Assembly: GCA_023665365.1 (NCBI GenBank)
Contig: JAMPEA010000001.1
Span: forward strand, 83,914 to 147,913
DNA: 64,000 nt
Direction of reading: 5' to 3'
Origin: Bacillota bacterium
GTDB taxonomy: Bacteria > Bacillota > Clostridia > Christensenellales > CAG-917
Part shown: positions 48,241 to 58,881 of the stretch, piece by piece
Layout: each line of letters starts with the position of its first letter
How positions within the stretch are numbered: the first letter of the stretch is position 1
Position numbers and translations under genes: made by a program
The notes under the pieces: model-generated
Told to the model about the DNA's origin: nothing
Database searches by the model: none
Seen by the model: the letters and a program-made list of their open reading frames with translations, nothing else

Positions 48241-48855
48241 TTATTTTTTGCCGAGTATTCCGCCTATAAAACTGTCGCGGTGTATGGGACATTTTCCTAT
48301 TTCTTTAAGCGCCGCGATATGCTTTGCCGTGCCGTAGCCCATATTGTGCTCGAAGTCGTACTGCGGATATTCGATTGCCATTTCGGTCATATATCTGTCG
48401 CGCGTTACTTTTGCCACTATTGATGCGCTCGCTATCGAATAAGAAAGCGCGTCGCCGTGTATAATGCCGACCGTCTCGTAAGGTATATCGAGTTTCAGTG
48501 CGTCCACCAAAACGACGTCGGGCTTCACGTCAAGCGACAGAATTGCCTCCGTCATACACGCCTTGGTCGCGCAAAGTATGTTCATCTCGTCTATTTTTCT
48601 ATGGTCGTATGAAACGGTAGATACCGCAATAGCCTTTTTTAAAATCTCGCCGCAGAGCTTTTCACGCTTGCCTTTGCTCACTTTTTTGCTGTCGTTGACG
48701 CCTTGAATGAGGTCGTCAAGCGGCATTATGATTGCCGTGCAGGTCACGGGACCCGCAAGCGGACCGCGTCCCACTTCGTCTACTCCGCAGATATATTTAT
48801 AGCCTTTTTCAAGCAGTTGATTTTCATAAGCCATTAACTCCTCTGCGCGCACCAT
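48241..48855 (-). CDS. rnhB: Ribonuclease HII
   Basis: 204 aa. GVDEVGRGPLAGPV, DSKK. Confidence 0.93.
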   Translation of the reverse strand: MVRAEELMAYENQLLEKGYKYICGVDEVGRGPLAGPVTCTAIIMPLDDLIQGVNDSKKVSKGKREKLCGEILKKAIAVSTVSYDHRKIDEMNILCATKACMTEAILSLDVKPDVVLVDALKLDIPYETVGIIHGDALSYSIASASIVAKVTRDRYMTEMAIEYPQYDFEHNMGYGTAKHIAALKEIGKCPIHRDSFIGGILGKK

Positions 48856-48889
48856 ATTATCTTTCGTCCTCTATTTATTTCTAAAATTT

Positions 48890-49723
48890 TCAACGGCGTT
48901 CGAGCATAATTTTGCCGAGTCTGCCCTTTCTGAAATCGTCGATGACCGTTTTGCTTGCCCTATCTACGTCGAGATTGTCTGCGCGGAGTTTAAATCCTCT
49001 GCGAGCGGCAATCTCCTCGATGATTTCATACGCCGAGCCGTCCACGCCTTTAAGCCCGTATCGCGCGGTCAAACCCTCGGGTGCGATTGTCTTTATCTCG
49101 TCTACGAAGTCGCAAGCGAGTTCAAGCGAATCTAAAATATCATCCTTAATAGACCCGATATATGCAAGGTGGTGAGCAACCTTTTGGTCCTCGAATTTTC
49201 CCCACAGCGTGCCAGGTGTATCCAAAAAGTCAACGCCGTCGATTGACAGCCACTGCTTGCCCCTCGTCACTCCGGGACGGTCGCCCGTCACCGCTTTTGC
49301 GCGTTTAATCATAGAGTTTATGATTGTGGATTTTCCGCTGTTTGGAACCCCCACAACCATGGCGCGCACGCTTATATTCGCGCCCTTTTTAGCGTACTTG
49401 TCGAGCTTTTCGGACATTACGGCTTTTAGCCCTGCGACAATCTGTGAGCAGTCCCCGCTTGTTCCAACGGCTTTAACGAAATTTTTACCCTGCCGTTTGA
49501 ACTCGTCACACCACTCGGACAAATCGCGAGGCTCTACGAGGTCGCATTTGTTAAATACGTAAAGCACCTTTTTTCCGTTTAGAAGCCTTGTAAACAGCGG
49601 ATTTATGCAAGAGGACACCGCGCGCGCGTCGATAACGTATATGAGCGCGTCAACAAGACGGAGGTTGTCCTCCATCATGCGGATTGCCTTAGTCATATGT
49701 CCGGGGAACCACTGTATATTCAC
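48890..49723 (-). CDS. rbgA: Ribosome biogenesis GTPase A (YlqF/RbgA)
   Basis: 277 aa. MNIQWFPGHMTKA, circularly permuted GTPase (NKCDL ... GVPNSGKST). Confidence 0.93.
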   Translation of the reverse strand: MNIQWFPGHMTKAIRMMEDNLRLVDALIYVIDARAVSSCINPLFTRLLNGKKVLYVFNKCDLVEPRDLSEWCDEFKRQGKNFVKAVGTSGDCSQIVAGLKAVMSEKLDKYAKKGANISVRAMVVGVPNSGKSTIINSMIKRAKAVTGDRPGVTRGKQWLSIDGVDFLDTPGTLWGKFEDQKVAHHLAYIGSIKDDILDSLELACDFVDEIKTIAPEGLTARYGLKGVDGSAYEIIEEIAARRGFKLRADNLDVDRASKTVIDDFRKGRLGKIMLERR

Positions 49724-49734
49724 AAAAACCTCAT

Positions 49735-50454
49735 TTACTTGCGGCGCTTTTTCGGCTTCTTTGGCATGAGCGGCGAAATATCGACGTTTGCCATAAGGTC
49801 GGGACGGCGACGCATCGTTATCTCAACGGATTTTTCCTTTCTCCAACGCTCTATGTCGTTATGATTGCCGCCGAGCAAAACGTCGGGGACTTTTAACCCC
49901 CTGTACTCTTCCGGTCGGGTGTACTGCGGATATTCGAGCAAGCCGTCCGAAAAGCTCTCGCTTGACGTAGATTCGCTGCTGCCGAGCACTCCGTCGATAT
50001 AACGCGCCACGCTGTTGATAAGCACAAGCGACGGCAGTTCTCCGCCCGTAAGCACGTAATCGCCGATTGAAACTTCTTCGTCAATGCACAGGTCGATTAC
50101 TCTTTCGTCGATACCCTCGTAATCGCCGCAAAGCAAAAGTATTCTGTCCTTTTTTGCAAGGCTTTCGACTTTACTTTGATTTAGAGTCTTTCCTCTCGGC
50201 GACATATAAATTCTATGCGCTTCGTGATTTGGGTCGACGGACTCTATCGCTCGCACAATCGGGTCGGGAGTCATCACCATTCCCGCGCCGCCTCCGTATG
50301 GAGTATCGTCCGTCTTTTTATGCTTATCCAAGGAGTAGTCTCTGATATTTACGACGTTAGCGGAAAATTTGCCCTCGCCGATAGCCTTGCCAAGCAAGCT
50401 GTATTTGAGGACGTCGAAATATTCCGTGAAAATCGTTAGTATGTCGAATTGCAT
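49735..50454 (-). CDS. trmD: tRNA (guanine37-N1)-methyltransferase
   Basis: MQFDILTIFTEYF..., PYGGGAGMVM, GDYVLTGGELP. I prefer the start at ATG 50454. Confidence 0.93.
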   Translation of the reverse strand: MQFDILTIFTEYFDVLKYSLLGKAIGEGKFSANVVNIRDYSLDKHKKTDDTPYGGGAGMVMTPDPIVRAIESVDPNHEAHRIYMSPRGKTLNQSKVESLAKKDRILLLCGDYEGIDERVIDLCIDEEVSIGDYVLTGGELPSLVLINSVARYIDGVLGSSESTSSESFSDGLLEYPQYTRPEEYRGLKVPDVLLGGNHNDIERWRKEKSVEITMRRRPDLMANVDISPLMPKKPKKRRK

Positions 50455-50503
50455 AAATACCCCGATAGATAGCCGAAAACGGCACAATTGTTTGATATAA
50501 ACG

Positions 50504-51007
50504 TCAGTTGTAGACGACTACTCTCGCAAACGTAACCTCGTCGAGAATGATTTTGCCGCCCTCTAAGTCTACCTCTTTGATAAGCTGTTTAAGCGCGGGG
50601 AAACTGAGCGAGCCGTCCGCGCTTTTGACAACGTAAACGTCGGCAGAACCGTATTGCAAAACGTCGGTGAGTTTGCCTATATAGTCGCCGCCAGCGTAAA
50701 CCGCAAGCCCAATCATATCCGCTATATAGTGCTTATCGTCGCCGAGTTTCGGGAGATCCTCGCGCAACGCGCAGATCATCTTTCCTCTCATCGCTTCCGC
50801 CTGTTCTACGGAATTTACGTCGTCAAGAGTGACGTAGCCGTACTCGCCATCGGCGACGATTTTCACCGCCTCATGCTTGACGCCCGATACGTACACCTCT
50901 TTCAGATGAGAAAACCGTGCGACGTCGGAGGAATAAAACTGCACTTTCATTTCTCCTTTCAGTCCGCGCGGTTTGATAATCTTTGCGATTTCAAATTCAG
51001 ATTTCAT
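50504..51007 (-). CDS. rimM: 16S rRNA processing protein RimM
   Basis: 167 aa (IAKIIKPRGLKGEMKV). Conserved rpsP-KH-rimM-trmD-rplS order. Confidence 0.9.
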   Translation of the reverse strand: MKSEFEIAKIIKPRGLKGEMKVQFYSSDVARFSHLKEVYVSGVKHEAVKIVADGEYGYVTLDDVNSVEQAEAMRGKMICALREDLPKLGDDKHYIADMIGLAVYAGGDYIGKLTDVLQYGSADVYVVKSADGSLSFPALKQLIKEVDLEGGKIILDEVTFARVVVYN

Positions 51008-51245
51008 TCTTCTCTTCGATTACGACGTTGTACTTGACGGCATTTTTTCCGTTAGCAGATTTTACAAGCGTGCGAATTGCCTTTGCAATCCTGCCCTGCT
51101 TGCCGATAATCTTGCCAATGTCGTTTTTGGATATTGTGACTACGATGTCGGTTGCTCCGTTGCCGTCTCTTTGCTCGACGGTATAGTCGCCGTCCGGCAC
51201 GAGCGCGGATACAAGATATTCCACAAGTTCAATCATTGCCGTCAC
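50997..51245 (-). CDS. KH domain RNA-binding protein (YlqC-like)
   Basis: 82 aa. KIIGKQGRIAKAIRTLV. Confidence 0.88.
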   Translation of the reverse strand: MTAMIELVEYLVSALVPDGDYTVEQRDGNGATDIVVTISKNDIGKIIGKQGRIAKAIRTLVKSANGKNAVKYNVVIEEKNEI

Positions 51246-51248
51246 CGA

Positions 51249-51500
51249 TTATTTCGTCTTTTCGACAATGCCTTGACTGATGAGCAAGCCCAAAACCGTC
51301 TCGGTAGGTTGCGCGCCCTTAGCAAGCCAATCTTTTGCCTTGTCGGCGTCGATGACTATCTGCTTGGGATTGCTGACGGGATTATAGTAGCCGAGTTGGT
51401 CGATATACTTGCCGTCTCTTGCTTTGCGCGAATCCATTGCGACGATGCGGTAGAAAGGAGCTTTCTTTGCGCCCATTCTTGTGAGTCTGAGTTTAACCAT
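51249..51500 (-). CDS. rpsP: 30S ribosomal protein S16
   Basis: [41 protein letters not shown]. Confidence 0.96.
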   Translation of the reverse strand: MVKLRLTRMGAKKAPFYRIVAMDSRKARDGKYIDQLGYYNPVSNPKQIVIDADKAKDWLAKGAQPTETVLGLLISQGIVEKTK

Positions 51501-51569
51501 TGTTCTTATCCTCCGATGTGATAAATTGTTTTTTTATTTTGTGCGGTTATCCGCAATTTGACTATTTAC

Positions 51570-52904
51570 TTAAAACGGCAAGCCTTTAAAGCCTTTCAGC
51601 CCGCGCATTCCGCCTTTTTGCATCCTTGTCATCATATCTTTCGTAAGCTCGAACTGCTTCAAAAGCGCGTTGACTTCCTGTATAGTAGTTCCGCTTCCGT
51701 TCGCTATGCGCTTACGCCTCGACGCCTTTATAATGTCGGGATTTCTGCGCTCCTTTGGAGTCATCGACTGGATTATGGCTTTATTTTTATAAATCTGCTT
51801 TTCGTCAATCTGCGCGCCCGACTTCATCTTGCCCGAAAGCCCCGGGATCATGGACACCATATCGCTTAGGCTTCCCATCTTCTTGACGCTTTCGATTTGA
51901 GCAAGGTAATCTTCGAGAGTTAAGGAATTTTCCTTCAACTTCCTTTGCAAGTTCAGCGCCTCTTCCTGCGAGATAGCGTCCTGCGCTTTCTCTATAAGCG
52001 TAAGCACGTCGCCCATTCCGAGTATGCGAGACGCCATGCGCTCGGGGTGGAAAGGCTCCAAGTCATCCATCTTTTCGCCCGTGCCGCTGAACTTAATCGG
52101 CTTGCCCGTGACCGCGCGGATTGAAAGCGCCGCGCCGCCCCTCGTATCGCCGTCGAGCTTAGTCATTATCACGCCCGTTATATCGAGCGTCTTGTTAAAC
52201 GTATCGGCGACAGTCACCGCGTCTTGCCCCGTCATACTGTCAACTACGAGCAAAATTTCCGTCGGCGCAACCGTCTTTTTGACGCGCACAAGCTCATCCA
52301 TAAGCGTCTCGTCGATATGCAAACGCCCGGCAGTATCCACTATCATAGTGTCGTATCCGTTTTTAAGCGCGTACTCGATGCCTGCTTTTGCGATTTTCGC
52401 AGGGTCGATTTGACCCATAGAAAAACATTCCGTCCCCGCCTTTTTCGCAACTATCTTCAACTGGTCGATTGCGGCGGGTCTGTATATATCGCCTGCGACA
52501 AGCAACACCTTTTTATTCTGCTTTTTCAGATACGTCGCAAGTTTTCCGCACATAGTAGTCTTGCCCGCGCCCTGCAAGCCGCACATCATATATATAGTGG
52601 GCTGTCTGTCGGAGACGGCAAGTTTTTGATGAGTCGAACCCATCAACGAAACGAGTTCGTCATTTACGATTTTGACAATCTGTTGCGCGGGAGTGAGCGA
52701 CTTCAAAATCTCCTCGCCGAGCGCTTTTTCGCTGACTTTGGATACGAAATCCTTCACGACGGCATAGTTGACGTCGGCTTCCAAAAGAGCTACGCGGATT
52801 TCACGCATAGCTTGCTTGATTTCAAGCTCCGTCAACCTGCCTTTGTTGCGCAGCTTTGAAAATATATGGTTCATTCTGTCGGACAAATTTTCAAACAGAG
52901 CCAT
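51570..52904 (-). CDS. ffh: Signal recognition particle protein Ffh
   Basis: 444 aa. GLQGAGKTT, DTAGRL, methionine-rich C-terminal M domain. Confidence 0.96.
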   Translation of the reverse strand: MALFENLSDRMNHIFSKLRNKGRLTELEIKQAMREIRVALLEADVNYAVVKDFVSKVSEKALGEEILKSLTPAQQIVKIVNDELVSLMGSTHQKLAVSDRQPTIYMMCGLQGAGKTTMCGKLATYLKKQNKKVLLVAGDIYRPAAIDQLKIVAKKAGTECFSMGQIDPAKIAKAGIEYALKNGYDTMIVDTAGRLHIDETLMDELVRVKKTVAPTEILLVVDSMTGQDAVTVADTFNKTLDITGVIMTKLDGDTRGGAALSIRAVTGKPIKFSGTGEKMDDLEPFHPERMASRILGMGDVLTLIEKAQDAISQEEALNLQRKLKENSLTLEDYLAQIESVKKMGSLSDMVSMIPGLSGKMKSGAQIDEKQIYKNKAIIQSMTPKERRNPDIIKASRRKRIANGSGTTIQEVNALLKQFELTKDMMTRMQKGGMRGLKGFKGLPF

Positions 52905-53255
52905 CTATTCCTCCAAAATACTTTTGATTTCGGCGACCTTTTCGCGCACCGAAACTGCGTTTGTATCGTCTTTTTCCATCTCGTCGAGCACAGCGAGGAT
53001 GCGCCTTTGTCTGTCCAAACATTTGAGCTTTTCCTCATACTCGACAAGGTGCTTTTCGCCTTTGTTGAGGCTGTCCAAAACCGCTTGCCTGCTTACGCCC
53101 AAAATCTCGGCAATCTCCCCGAACGACAAATCGTCGTCATAGCGCAACCTAAGCATCTCGTCCTGCTTTTCAGTCAAAAGCGAGCCGTAAAAATCGCGCA
53201 ATATGGAAATTTCAAACCTATCTGCTATCACTTTTATTTCAATCCCGCAAAGCAT
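52905..53255 (-). CDS. ylxM: YlxM (UPF0122) putative helix-turn-helix protein
   Basis: 116 aa (LRDFYGSLLTEKQDEMLRLRYDDDLSFGEIAEILGVSRQAV). The exact start is uncertain because there is no clear SD at ATG 53255. Confidence 0.85.
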   Translation of the reverse strand: MLCGIEIKVIADRFEISILRDFYGSLLTEKQDEMLRLRYDDDLSFGEIAEILGVSRQAVLDSLNKGEKHLVEYEEKLKCLDRQRRILAVLDEMEKDDTNAVSVREKVAEIKSILEE

Positions 53256-53289
53256 GTCAAGCTAATTTGCTATACACCACTATACAACT

Positions 53290-53326
53290 AAAAAATACGG
53301 GTGTCAAGCATTTTTGCTCGACACCC
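53290..53326 (-). terminator. Intrinsic terminator after ftsY
   Basis: Minus strand reads GGGUGUCGAGCA-AAAA-UGCUUGACACCC followed by GUAUUUUUU. Confidence 0.75.
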
Positions 53327-53369
53327 TAAAATTATTTACTTATACTCTATATCCTTTCTAATATCCGTT

Positions 53370-54263
53370 TTACAGCAACGCGTTTATAAAATCGGTTGCG
53401 TCAAACGGAATGAGGTCGTCAATCTTTTCGCCAACGCCGACGTAGACGACGGGCAAGCCTATCTCGTCGGAGATTGCAAGCACCACGCCGCCCTTGGCAG
53501 TTCCGTCGAGCTTGTTTAAGATTATTCCGTCGGTATCTATATCCTCGCCGAATATCTTTGCTTGCGCGACCGCGTTTTGCCCCGTCGTAGCATCGAGCAC
53601 GAGATACTTTCTGAAATCCGCATTAGGCAGTTCCCTATCGACTACGCGGCATATCTTTTGCAGTTCCGCCATAAGGTTTTTCTTATTATGCAAGCGTCCT
53701 GCTGTATCTACGAGTATCACGTCGTTTCCCTTAGCCTTTGCCGACGCGATAGCGTCGTACACGACCGCCGCGGGGTCTGCGCCCTCGTTATGACGGATAA
53801 CTCGCACGCCCGCACGCTGTCCCCAAACTTCGAGTTGCTCGCTTGCGGCGGCGCGGAAAGTGTCCGCCGCGGCGACGACGACGCTCTTGCCCTGTTCCTT
53901 AAACTGATGCGCGAGCTTGCCTATCGCCGTGGTTTTGCCCACTCCGTTTACGCCCGACAGCAGAATGACAAGCGGATATTCGTATGCGGGAATATCGTAA
54001 TCGATATCATCTATCATGATACTTCTCAGCAGATTTTTCGCGTCCTCGGGCTTTTTTATTTTTTCTTCGAAAATCCTGTCTTTCAGCTCGTCGATGAGGT
54101 TTTCTGTGGCGGTTATGCCGACGTCCGCGGTGAGGAGCGCTTCTTCCAAATTCTCGTAAAATTCATCGTCGAACTCCCTTGCGGAAAACGCAAAGTACAG
54201 CTTTTTTGAAAAAGCGTCTTTCGTCTTTTTTATGCCTTCGGCTATTTTCTGAAAAAATCCCAC
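53370..54263 (-). CDS. ftsY: Signal recognition particle receptor FtsY
   Basis: 297 aa. GVNGVGKTT, DTAGRLHNK, NKLDGTAKGG. Confidence 0.95.
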   Translation of the reverse strand: MGFFQKIAEGIKKTKDAFSKKLYFAFSAREFDDEFYENLEEALLTADVGITATENLIDELKDRIFEEKIKKPEDAKNLLRSIMIDDIDYDIPAYEYPLVILLSGVNGVGKTTAIGKLAHQFKEQGKSVVVAAADTFRAAASEQLEVWGQRAGVRVIRHNEGADPAAVVYDAIASAKAKGNDVILVDTAGRLHNKKNLMAELQKICRVVDRELPNADFRKYLVLDATTGQNAVAQAKIFGEDIDTDGIILNKLDGTAKGGVVLAISDEIGLPVVYVGVGEKIDDLIPFDATDFINALL

Positions 54264-54280
54264 CGTATCACCTCGATATA

Positions 54281-57200
54281 TCAGTTTGTGGTCGCGTGCT
54301 TGACAGCCTCTTCAAACTCGATTGAAACAATCTTCGTAACGCCCTTTTCCTCCATCGTAACGCCGAAAATCGTATCCGCGTGGCGCATGGTAGGCTTTCT
54401 GTGCGTGATGACGATAAACTGTGTGAAGTCCGAAAACTTTTTGAGAAACTCGGCAAACAGGTTTACGTTTGCGTCGTCGAGCGCCGCTTCGATTTCGTCG
54501 AGCACGCAGAAAGGCATAGGCTTCAAGCGAAGTATCGCAAACAAAATCGCAATAGCGGTCAAGGCGCGCTCGCCGCCGCTTAGCAATCCGATATTTTGCA
54601 GTTTCTTTCCGGGAGGTTGCGCAAATATCTCGATGCCCGCTTCGAGTACGTCGTCGGTCTCCTTGGTGTCGAGACGAAGCTCGCCCTTGCCTCCGCCGAA
54701 CAACTGCGAGAACACTCCCTTAAAGTTTTCGCTTATCTTTTCAAACGCCTCCATAAACTGGTCGCGCATACGCTCGGTGAGCGAAGCGATAATAGTCTTG
54801 ACGTCCTCGCATGCCTTTTCTATGTCGTCGCGCTGTTTAATCTGTTCGGAAAGTCTTTCCTCTGTTTCTCCGAGCGTCTTTTCGGCAAGCGAGTTGATGT
54901 CGCCGAGTCTCTGCATAGCCTTTTTCAAATCGGATATGACCGTAAGCGCTCCGTAGGACTTGAACTCGGGGTCTTTGAACTCCACCGCGCCTGCGTACGT
55001 GAGGTTGTACTCTTCGAGGATATGCGTTTGTTGCGCGTTCATCTCGATGTCAACGTTTTCCATCATGCCCTCGTCGCGGGTTTTCTTTTCGATAAGCTCG
55101 TTGCGCTGATTGAATATCTCAGTTTTTTGCGCGTCGAGCGCGGTGATTTCGTCAGTAATGCTGTGTTTGCGCTTAGAAAGCTCGCTTATCTCGTTTTCGA
55201 GGGCTTTTATGCGTTCCTCGTCCTCTCTCGACACAGAGGCGCGTTCGGGCGCGCTCATAATGCTTTCGAGCTTGGTCTGCTCGATTTTAAGTTGAGCTAT
55301 CGCGTCGAGCTTTTCCTCTTCGAGTGATTCTTTTTCGCGCGTTATGCGGAATAAGTCGCTGTCATATCCTGCGAGCGTATTCTGTTGATTTGCCTTTTGG
55401 ATATTCATCTCCATAAGACGGCGCGAAACCTCTTGGCTTTCGTCCTTGCTCTTTGTGCTCTCCGTTTTGGAGCTTGCGAGCAGTTCGGTATATTCCGCCT
55501 TTTTCTCGGACGTAAGTTTTTCGAGCTCGTCGATGGAGTCGAGCTTATTTTCTATATCGCCGATTGCGATTTTGACAATTTCATACTCGTGCGCGCCCTC
55601 GCTGATTTCCGTCTGCAAATTTTCGGCAATCTTAGCGGATTGCGAGGCTTTTTCCTCGTTGACGCTTATCTCAATGCTGACGGCTGAGATTTCGGAGTTG
55701 AGTTCTTCGAGTCTGCTCTCTGCGTCGCGCACTTCCTGTTCGCACTCGTTTTTGCGATTGACAAGCGCGGACAGTCCCTTCTTTGCTCTTTCGAGATTGG
55801 CGCGAGTTTCCTCGATTTTCTTCTCCTGCGAAAGCAGACCTTGCGTCTGATTTCTGCGCGAGCCGCCTGTGATTTCGCCTCCTCGTGAGAAAATTTCGCC
55901 GTCCAGAGTTACGATTTTAAACGCTTGGTTGTATTTCTTATAAATTCTGATTGCGTTGCCGATATTGTTGACGACGACGGTCGTCCCAAGCAGAGTTTTG
56001 ACAAGTCCGTCGTATTTATAATCGTATTTTAGCAGTTCGCTTGCAAGTCCGTAGCAGCCGGGTTCTCTAAGCGCGTCGAGGCTCGACCCCGTAAGCGTGT
56101 GCGGACGGCATGACGAAAGCGGTCTAAACGTAACGCGACCGTAGTTCTTTTGTTTAAGATAGGTGATGAGGTCGCTTGCGTCCTGCTCGTTTTCCACGAG
56201 TACGTTTTGCATAGCTCCGCCGAGCGCGTATTCGATTGCGGTTTCGTACTCCGCGGGGACGCTGACGACTTCTGCCAGCACGCCGAGTATCTTATGCGCA
56301 ATCTCGGGATTTTCCTTTGCGTCGCGCATGAGGTTTCCAACGGCGTTTTGATAGGACGAATATTTTTCCTTTTCGTCGATTGCAATCCTCAGTCTTTCCT
56401 CCGAGGCGGAAATCTTTTTGTTTTCGAGCGCGATTTCTTCAAGCAACGAATTTGCGCCCTCTTGCGACTCCATTTTTGCGGAAACGCATTCGTTGTATTC
56501 GTTGATGAGCTCGCGCTTATGCTCTTTGCCGTTTTTAACCTTGGCGTCGAATATGGCGAGATTGGTAAGTTCCTCGTCGAGCGTGGCTTTTTTCTGGGAC
56601 AACAGTTCGTTTATGGTACGCGCTCTCTCTTGGTGAATAGCCTTTTCCGCCTGCAAGCTCGACATATTGGATTTCAATGCGCCAAGCTCCTCGATAGCGC
56701 GCACGTAAGCGTCGTTGCTGTCGGCGAGCGCGGTCTCCCTGCCTTGCAAGGTTGCGCGGAGTTTAGAGGATTTCGCGCTTAGCTCGTCAACCTCCTTGCA
56801 TGTCTGCATATACTGGGAAAGCGTTTCGGATTTTTTCGTATTCAAATCCTCAATCATCTTTTCGGATACGATGAGTTGATTGTCAACCGAATTTATGTCG
56901 TCGTTTAGGCGCGCGATTTGCGACTGAATATCCTCGATGCGTCCCTTCAAAGCGGCTGCCGCGCCCTCGGACTTAGCCATGCCGACCTTTAAAACCATAA
57001 GTTCGGCGTTGCGCTCGTCGTATTTGCGGTCTATCCCGCTCGATTCGCGTATGCAATCGTCGTATCTGAGCACGCACTCGTTGTATTCTATATCCTTTTC
57101 TTTCAAGGCGTTGACGCTTGCGTCGATGCGCGTCTTAATTCTGTCCTTTATGGCTTGGTTGTTTTCGTAGTTGTAGATATAAAGATTGATTTCGTTATGC

Positions 57201-57877
57201 TTCAACTGCTCGCGTAGTTCGGCGTACTTTCTTGCCGTCTCCGCCTGTCTGCGCAGAGGACCTATCTGCTTTTCGATTTCGGCAATGACCTCGTTCGTAG
57301 TCTGCAAGTTGAGCGCCGTCTGTTCAAGACGTTTTTCCGCTTTGACGCGCTCGGCGCGGAATTTGGAAATTCCCGCAGCTTCTTCGAAAATTCTGCGGCG
57401 CTCGTCGGGCTTTGCGGACATAATCTCGTCAACTCTGCCCTGTCCGATAATCGAGTAGCCCTCTTTGCCTATGCCGGTATCGCGGAACAGGTCGATTATA
57501 TCGCTCAAAAGCGTGCGGCTGTTGTTGATATAATATTCGCTGTCGCCGCTTCTGTCGAGTTTTCTCGTCACGACAACCTTGTCGAAAGGCAGGTTTGAAA
57601 AGATATGTTGGTTCTCGTTATTAAACGTCAACGAAACTTCGCAATAGGATAAACTCTTGCGCTTCTCTGTGCCCGCAAAAATTACGTCCTGCATGCTCTT
57701 GCCGCGCAGTTGTTTGGCGCTTCTTTCGCCAAGCGTCCAACGTATTGCGTCCGACACGTTCGACTTTCCGCAACCGTTCGGTCCGATAATGGCGGTGACG
57801 CCTTCTTTGAAAGGAATTTCAACCTTATCGGCAAACGACTTGAAGCCTCTCAATTCGATTTTCTCTAAGTTTAACAA
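54281..57877 (-). CDS. smc: Chromosome partition protein Smc
   Basis: 1198 aa with a TTG start and GGAAGG upstream. GPNGCGKSN, long coiled coils, a hinge, LSGGERALTAIAILFA and DEIEAALD. Confidence 0.96.
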   Translation of the reverse strand: MLNLEKIELRGFKSFADKVEIPFKEGVTAIIGPNGCGKSNVSDAIRWTLGERSAKQLRGKSMQDVIFAGTEKRKSLSYCEVSLTFNNENQHIFSNLPFDKVVVTRKLDRSGDSEYYINNSRTLLSDIIDLFRDTGIGKEGYSIIGQGRVDEIMSAKPDERRRIFEEAAGISKFRAERVKAEKRLEQTALNLQTTNEVIAEIEKQIGPLRRQAETARKYAELREQLKHNEINLYIYNYENNQAIKDRIKTRIDASVNALKEKDIEYNECVLRYDDCIRESSGIDRKYDERNAELMVLKVGMAKSEGAAAALKGRIEDIQSQIARLNDDINSVDNQLIVSEKMIEDLNTKKSETLSQYMQTCKEVDELSAKSSKLRATLQGRETALADSNDAYVRAIEELGALKSNMSSLQAEKAIHQERARTINELLSQKKATLDEELTNLAIFDAKVKNGKEHKRELINEYNECVSAKMESQEGANSLLEEIALENKKISASEERLRIAIDEKEKYSSYQNAVGNLMRDAKENPEIAHKILGVLAEVVSVPAEYETAIEYALGGAMQNVLVENEQDASDLITYLKQKNYGRVTFRPLSSCRPHTLTGSSLDALREPGCYGLASELLKYDYKYDGLVKTLLGTTVVVNNIGNAIRIYKKYNQAFKIVTLDGEIFSRGGEITGGSRRNQTQGLLSQEKKIEETRANLERAKKGLSALVNRKNECEQEVRDAESRLEELNSEISAVSIEISVNEEKASQSAKIAENLQTEISEGAHEYEIVKIAIGDIENKLDSIDELEKLTSEKKAEYTELLASSKTESTKSKDESQEVSRRLMEMNIQKANQQNTLAGYDSDLFRITREKESLEEEKLDAIAQLKIEQTKLESIMSAPERASVSREDEERIKALENEISELSKRKHSITDEITALDAQKTEIFNQRNELIEKKTRDEGMMENVDIEMNAQQTHILEEYNLTYAGAVEFKDPEFKSYGALTVISDLKKAMQRLGDINSLAEKTLGETEERLSEQIKQRDDIEKACEDVKTIIASLTERMRDQFMEAFEKISENFKGVFSQLFGGGKGELRLDTKETDDVLEAGIEIFAQPPGKKLQNIGLLSGGERALTAIAILFAILRLKPMPFCVLDEIEAALDDANVNLFAEFLKKFSDFTQFIVITHRKPTMRHADTIFGVTMEEKGVTKIVSIEFEEAVKHATTN

Positions 57878-58042
57878 AATTTTACCTTCCGTGCTTTTAT
57901 TTCGAGGTCCCCGCCGATGTTCCTATAACGTCCTATCAAGGGAGAGATATAGGCTTATTTGCAGGGTGACATATTAGTATTTATAGTAGCATAAAAACAA
58001 ATTATAATCAAGGATTGGCGTGCAAAAGTTTTAAGATAAAAT

Positions 58043-58067
58043 CAAAAAAGCGCGTCGAACGCGCGAC
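58043..58067 (-). terminator. Intrinsic terminator after rnc
   Basis: Minus strand reads GCGCG-UUCGA-CGCGC followed by UUUUUUGAUUUU. Confidence 0.55.
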
Positions 58068-58167
58068 GGCTTCGATTGTCAAACTTTCCGCCAAACAGTG
58101 AGATTTTAAACGTAAAGTTTTACAAATTATCGGCTATTTTAGAATACTTATATGCAATTTTGAGCTT

Positions 58168-58854
58168 TTATTTGCCGCCGATATGCTTTAAAGCGATTTG
58201 CGCCGCGCTTTGCTCGGCGATTTTTTTGCTCTTTCCCTTTCCTCTTCCCGCGCCGATGCCGTCTATAAACACGTCCACTACAAATGTAGGTTCGTGCGGA
58301 GCGCCGCTTTTATCCACAACGCTGTATTTCACTTCGAGCTTGTTGCGGGTTGCAAATTCGTTTAGTTCGCTCTTATAATCGTGCTCGTCGGAGTGTTTCG
58401 CGCTTCCGTCGAAATGCGATTTGAGCGCCTTCAAGATAAATCTTTCCGCGCAATCTATGTTGCCCGAATCGAGATATATCGCCCCTACTATCGCTTCGAG
58501 CAAATTGGATTTAACCTTTGTATGATTTATTATATTCGCAACTTTTTCGCCCTTGCCTACAACCATATATTTTGCAATATCCAATTTTTCAATCGCCTTT
58601 TCAAGCGGCTCTTGCGATACTATTTCCGAGCGGCGTTGAGTAAGCGCGCCCTCGTGCGCATTCGGGTTTTCAGTCATAAGACGTTTTGCAACGATGAAAT
58701 CCAAAATACTGTCGCCCAAAAATTCGAGCGATTCATAGTTCTGCGTCGCAATCTTGCTTGCCGAACTATGGGTAAACGCCCTCTTTAAAAGCGATTTATC
58801 TTTAAAAGTGTAATCTATTTTACTTTCGATAGCCTGTATATCATCGTTGTTCAT
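58168..58854 (-). CDS. rnc: Ribonuclease III
   Basis: 228 aa with the signature ESLEFLGDSILD and a C-terminal dsRBD. Confidence 0.95.
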   Translation of the reverse strand: MNNDDIQAIESKIDYTFKDKSLLKRAFTHSSASKIATQNYESLEFLGDSILDFIVAKRLMTENPNAHEGALTQRRSEIVSQEPLEKAIEKLDIAKYMVVGKGEKVANIINHTKVKSNLLEAIVGAIYLDSGNIDCAERFILKALKSHFDGSAKHSDEHDYKSELNEFATRNKLEVKYSVVDKSGAPHEPTFVVDVFIDGIGAGRGKGKSKKIAEQSAAQIALKHIGGK

Positions 58855-58881
58855 AGCCGTATTATGCGCAATATATCCCGT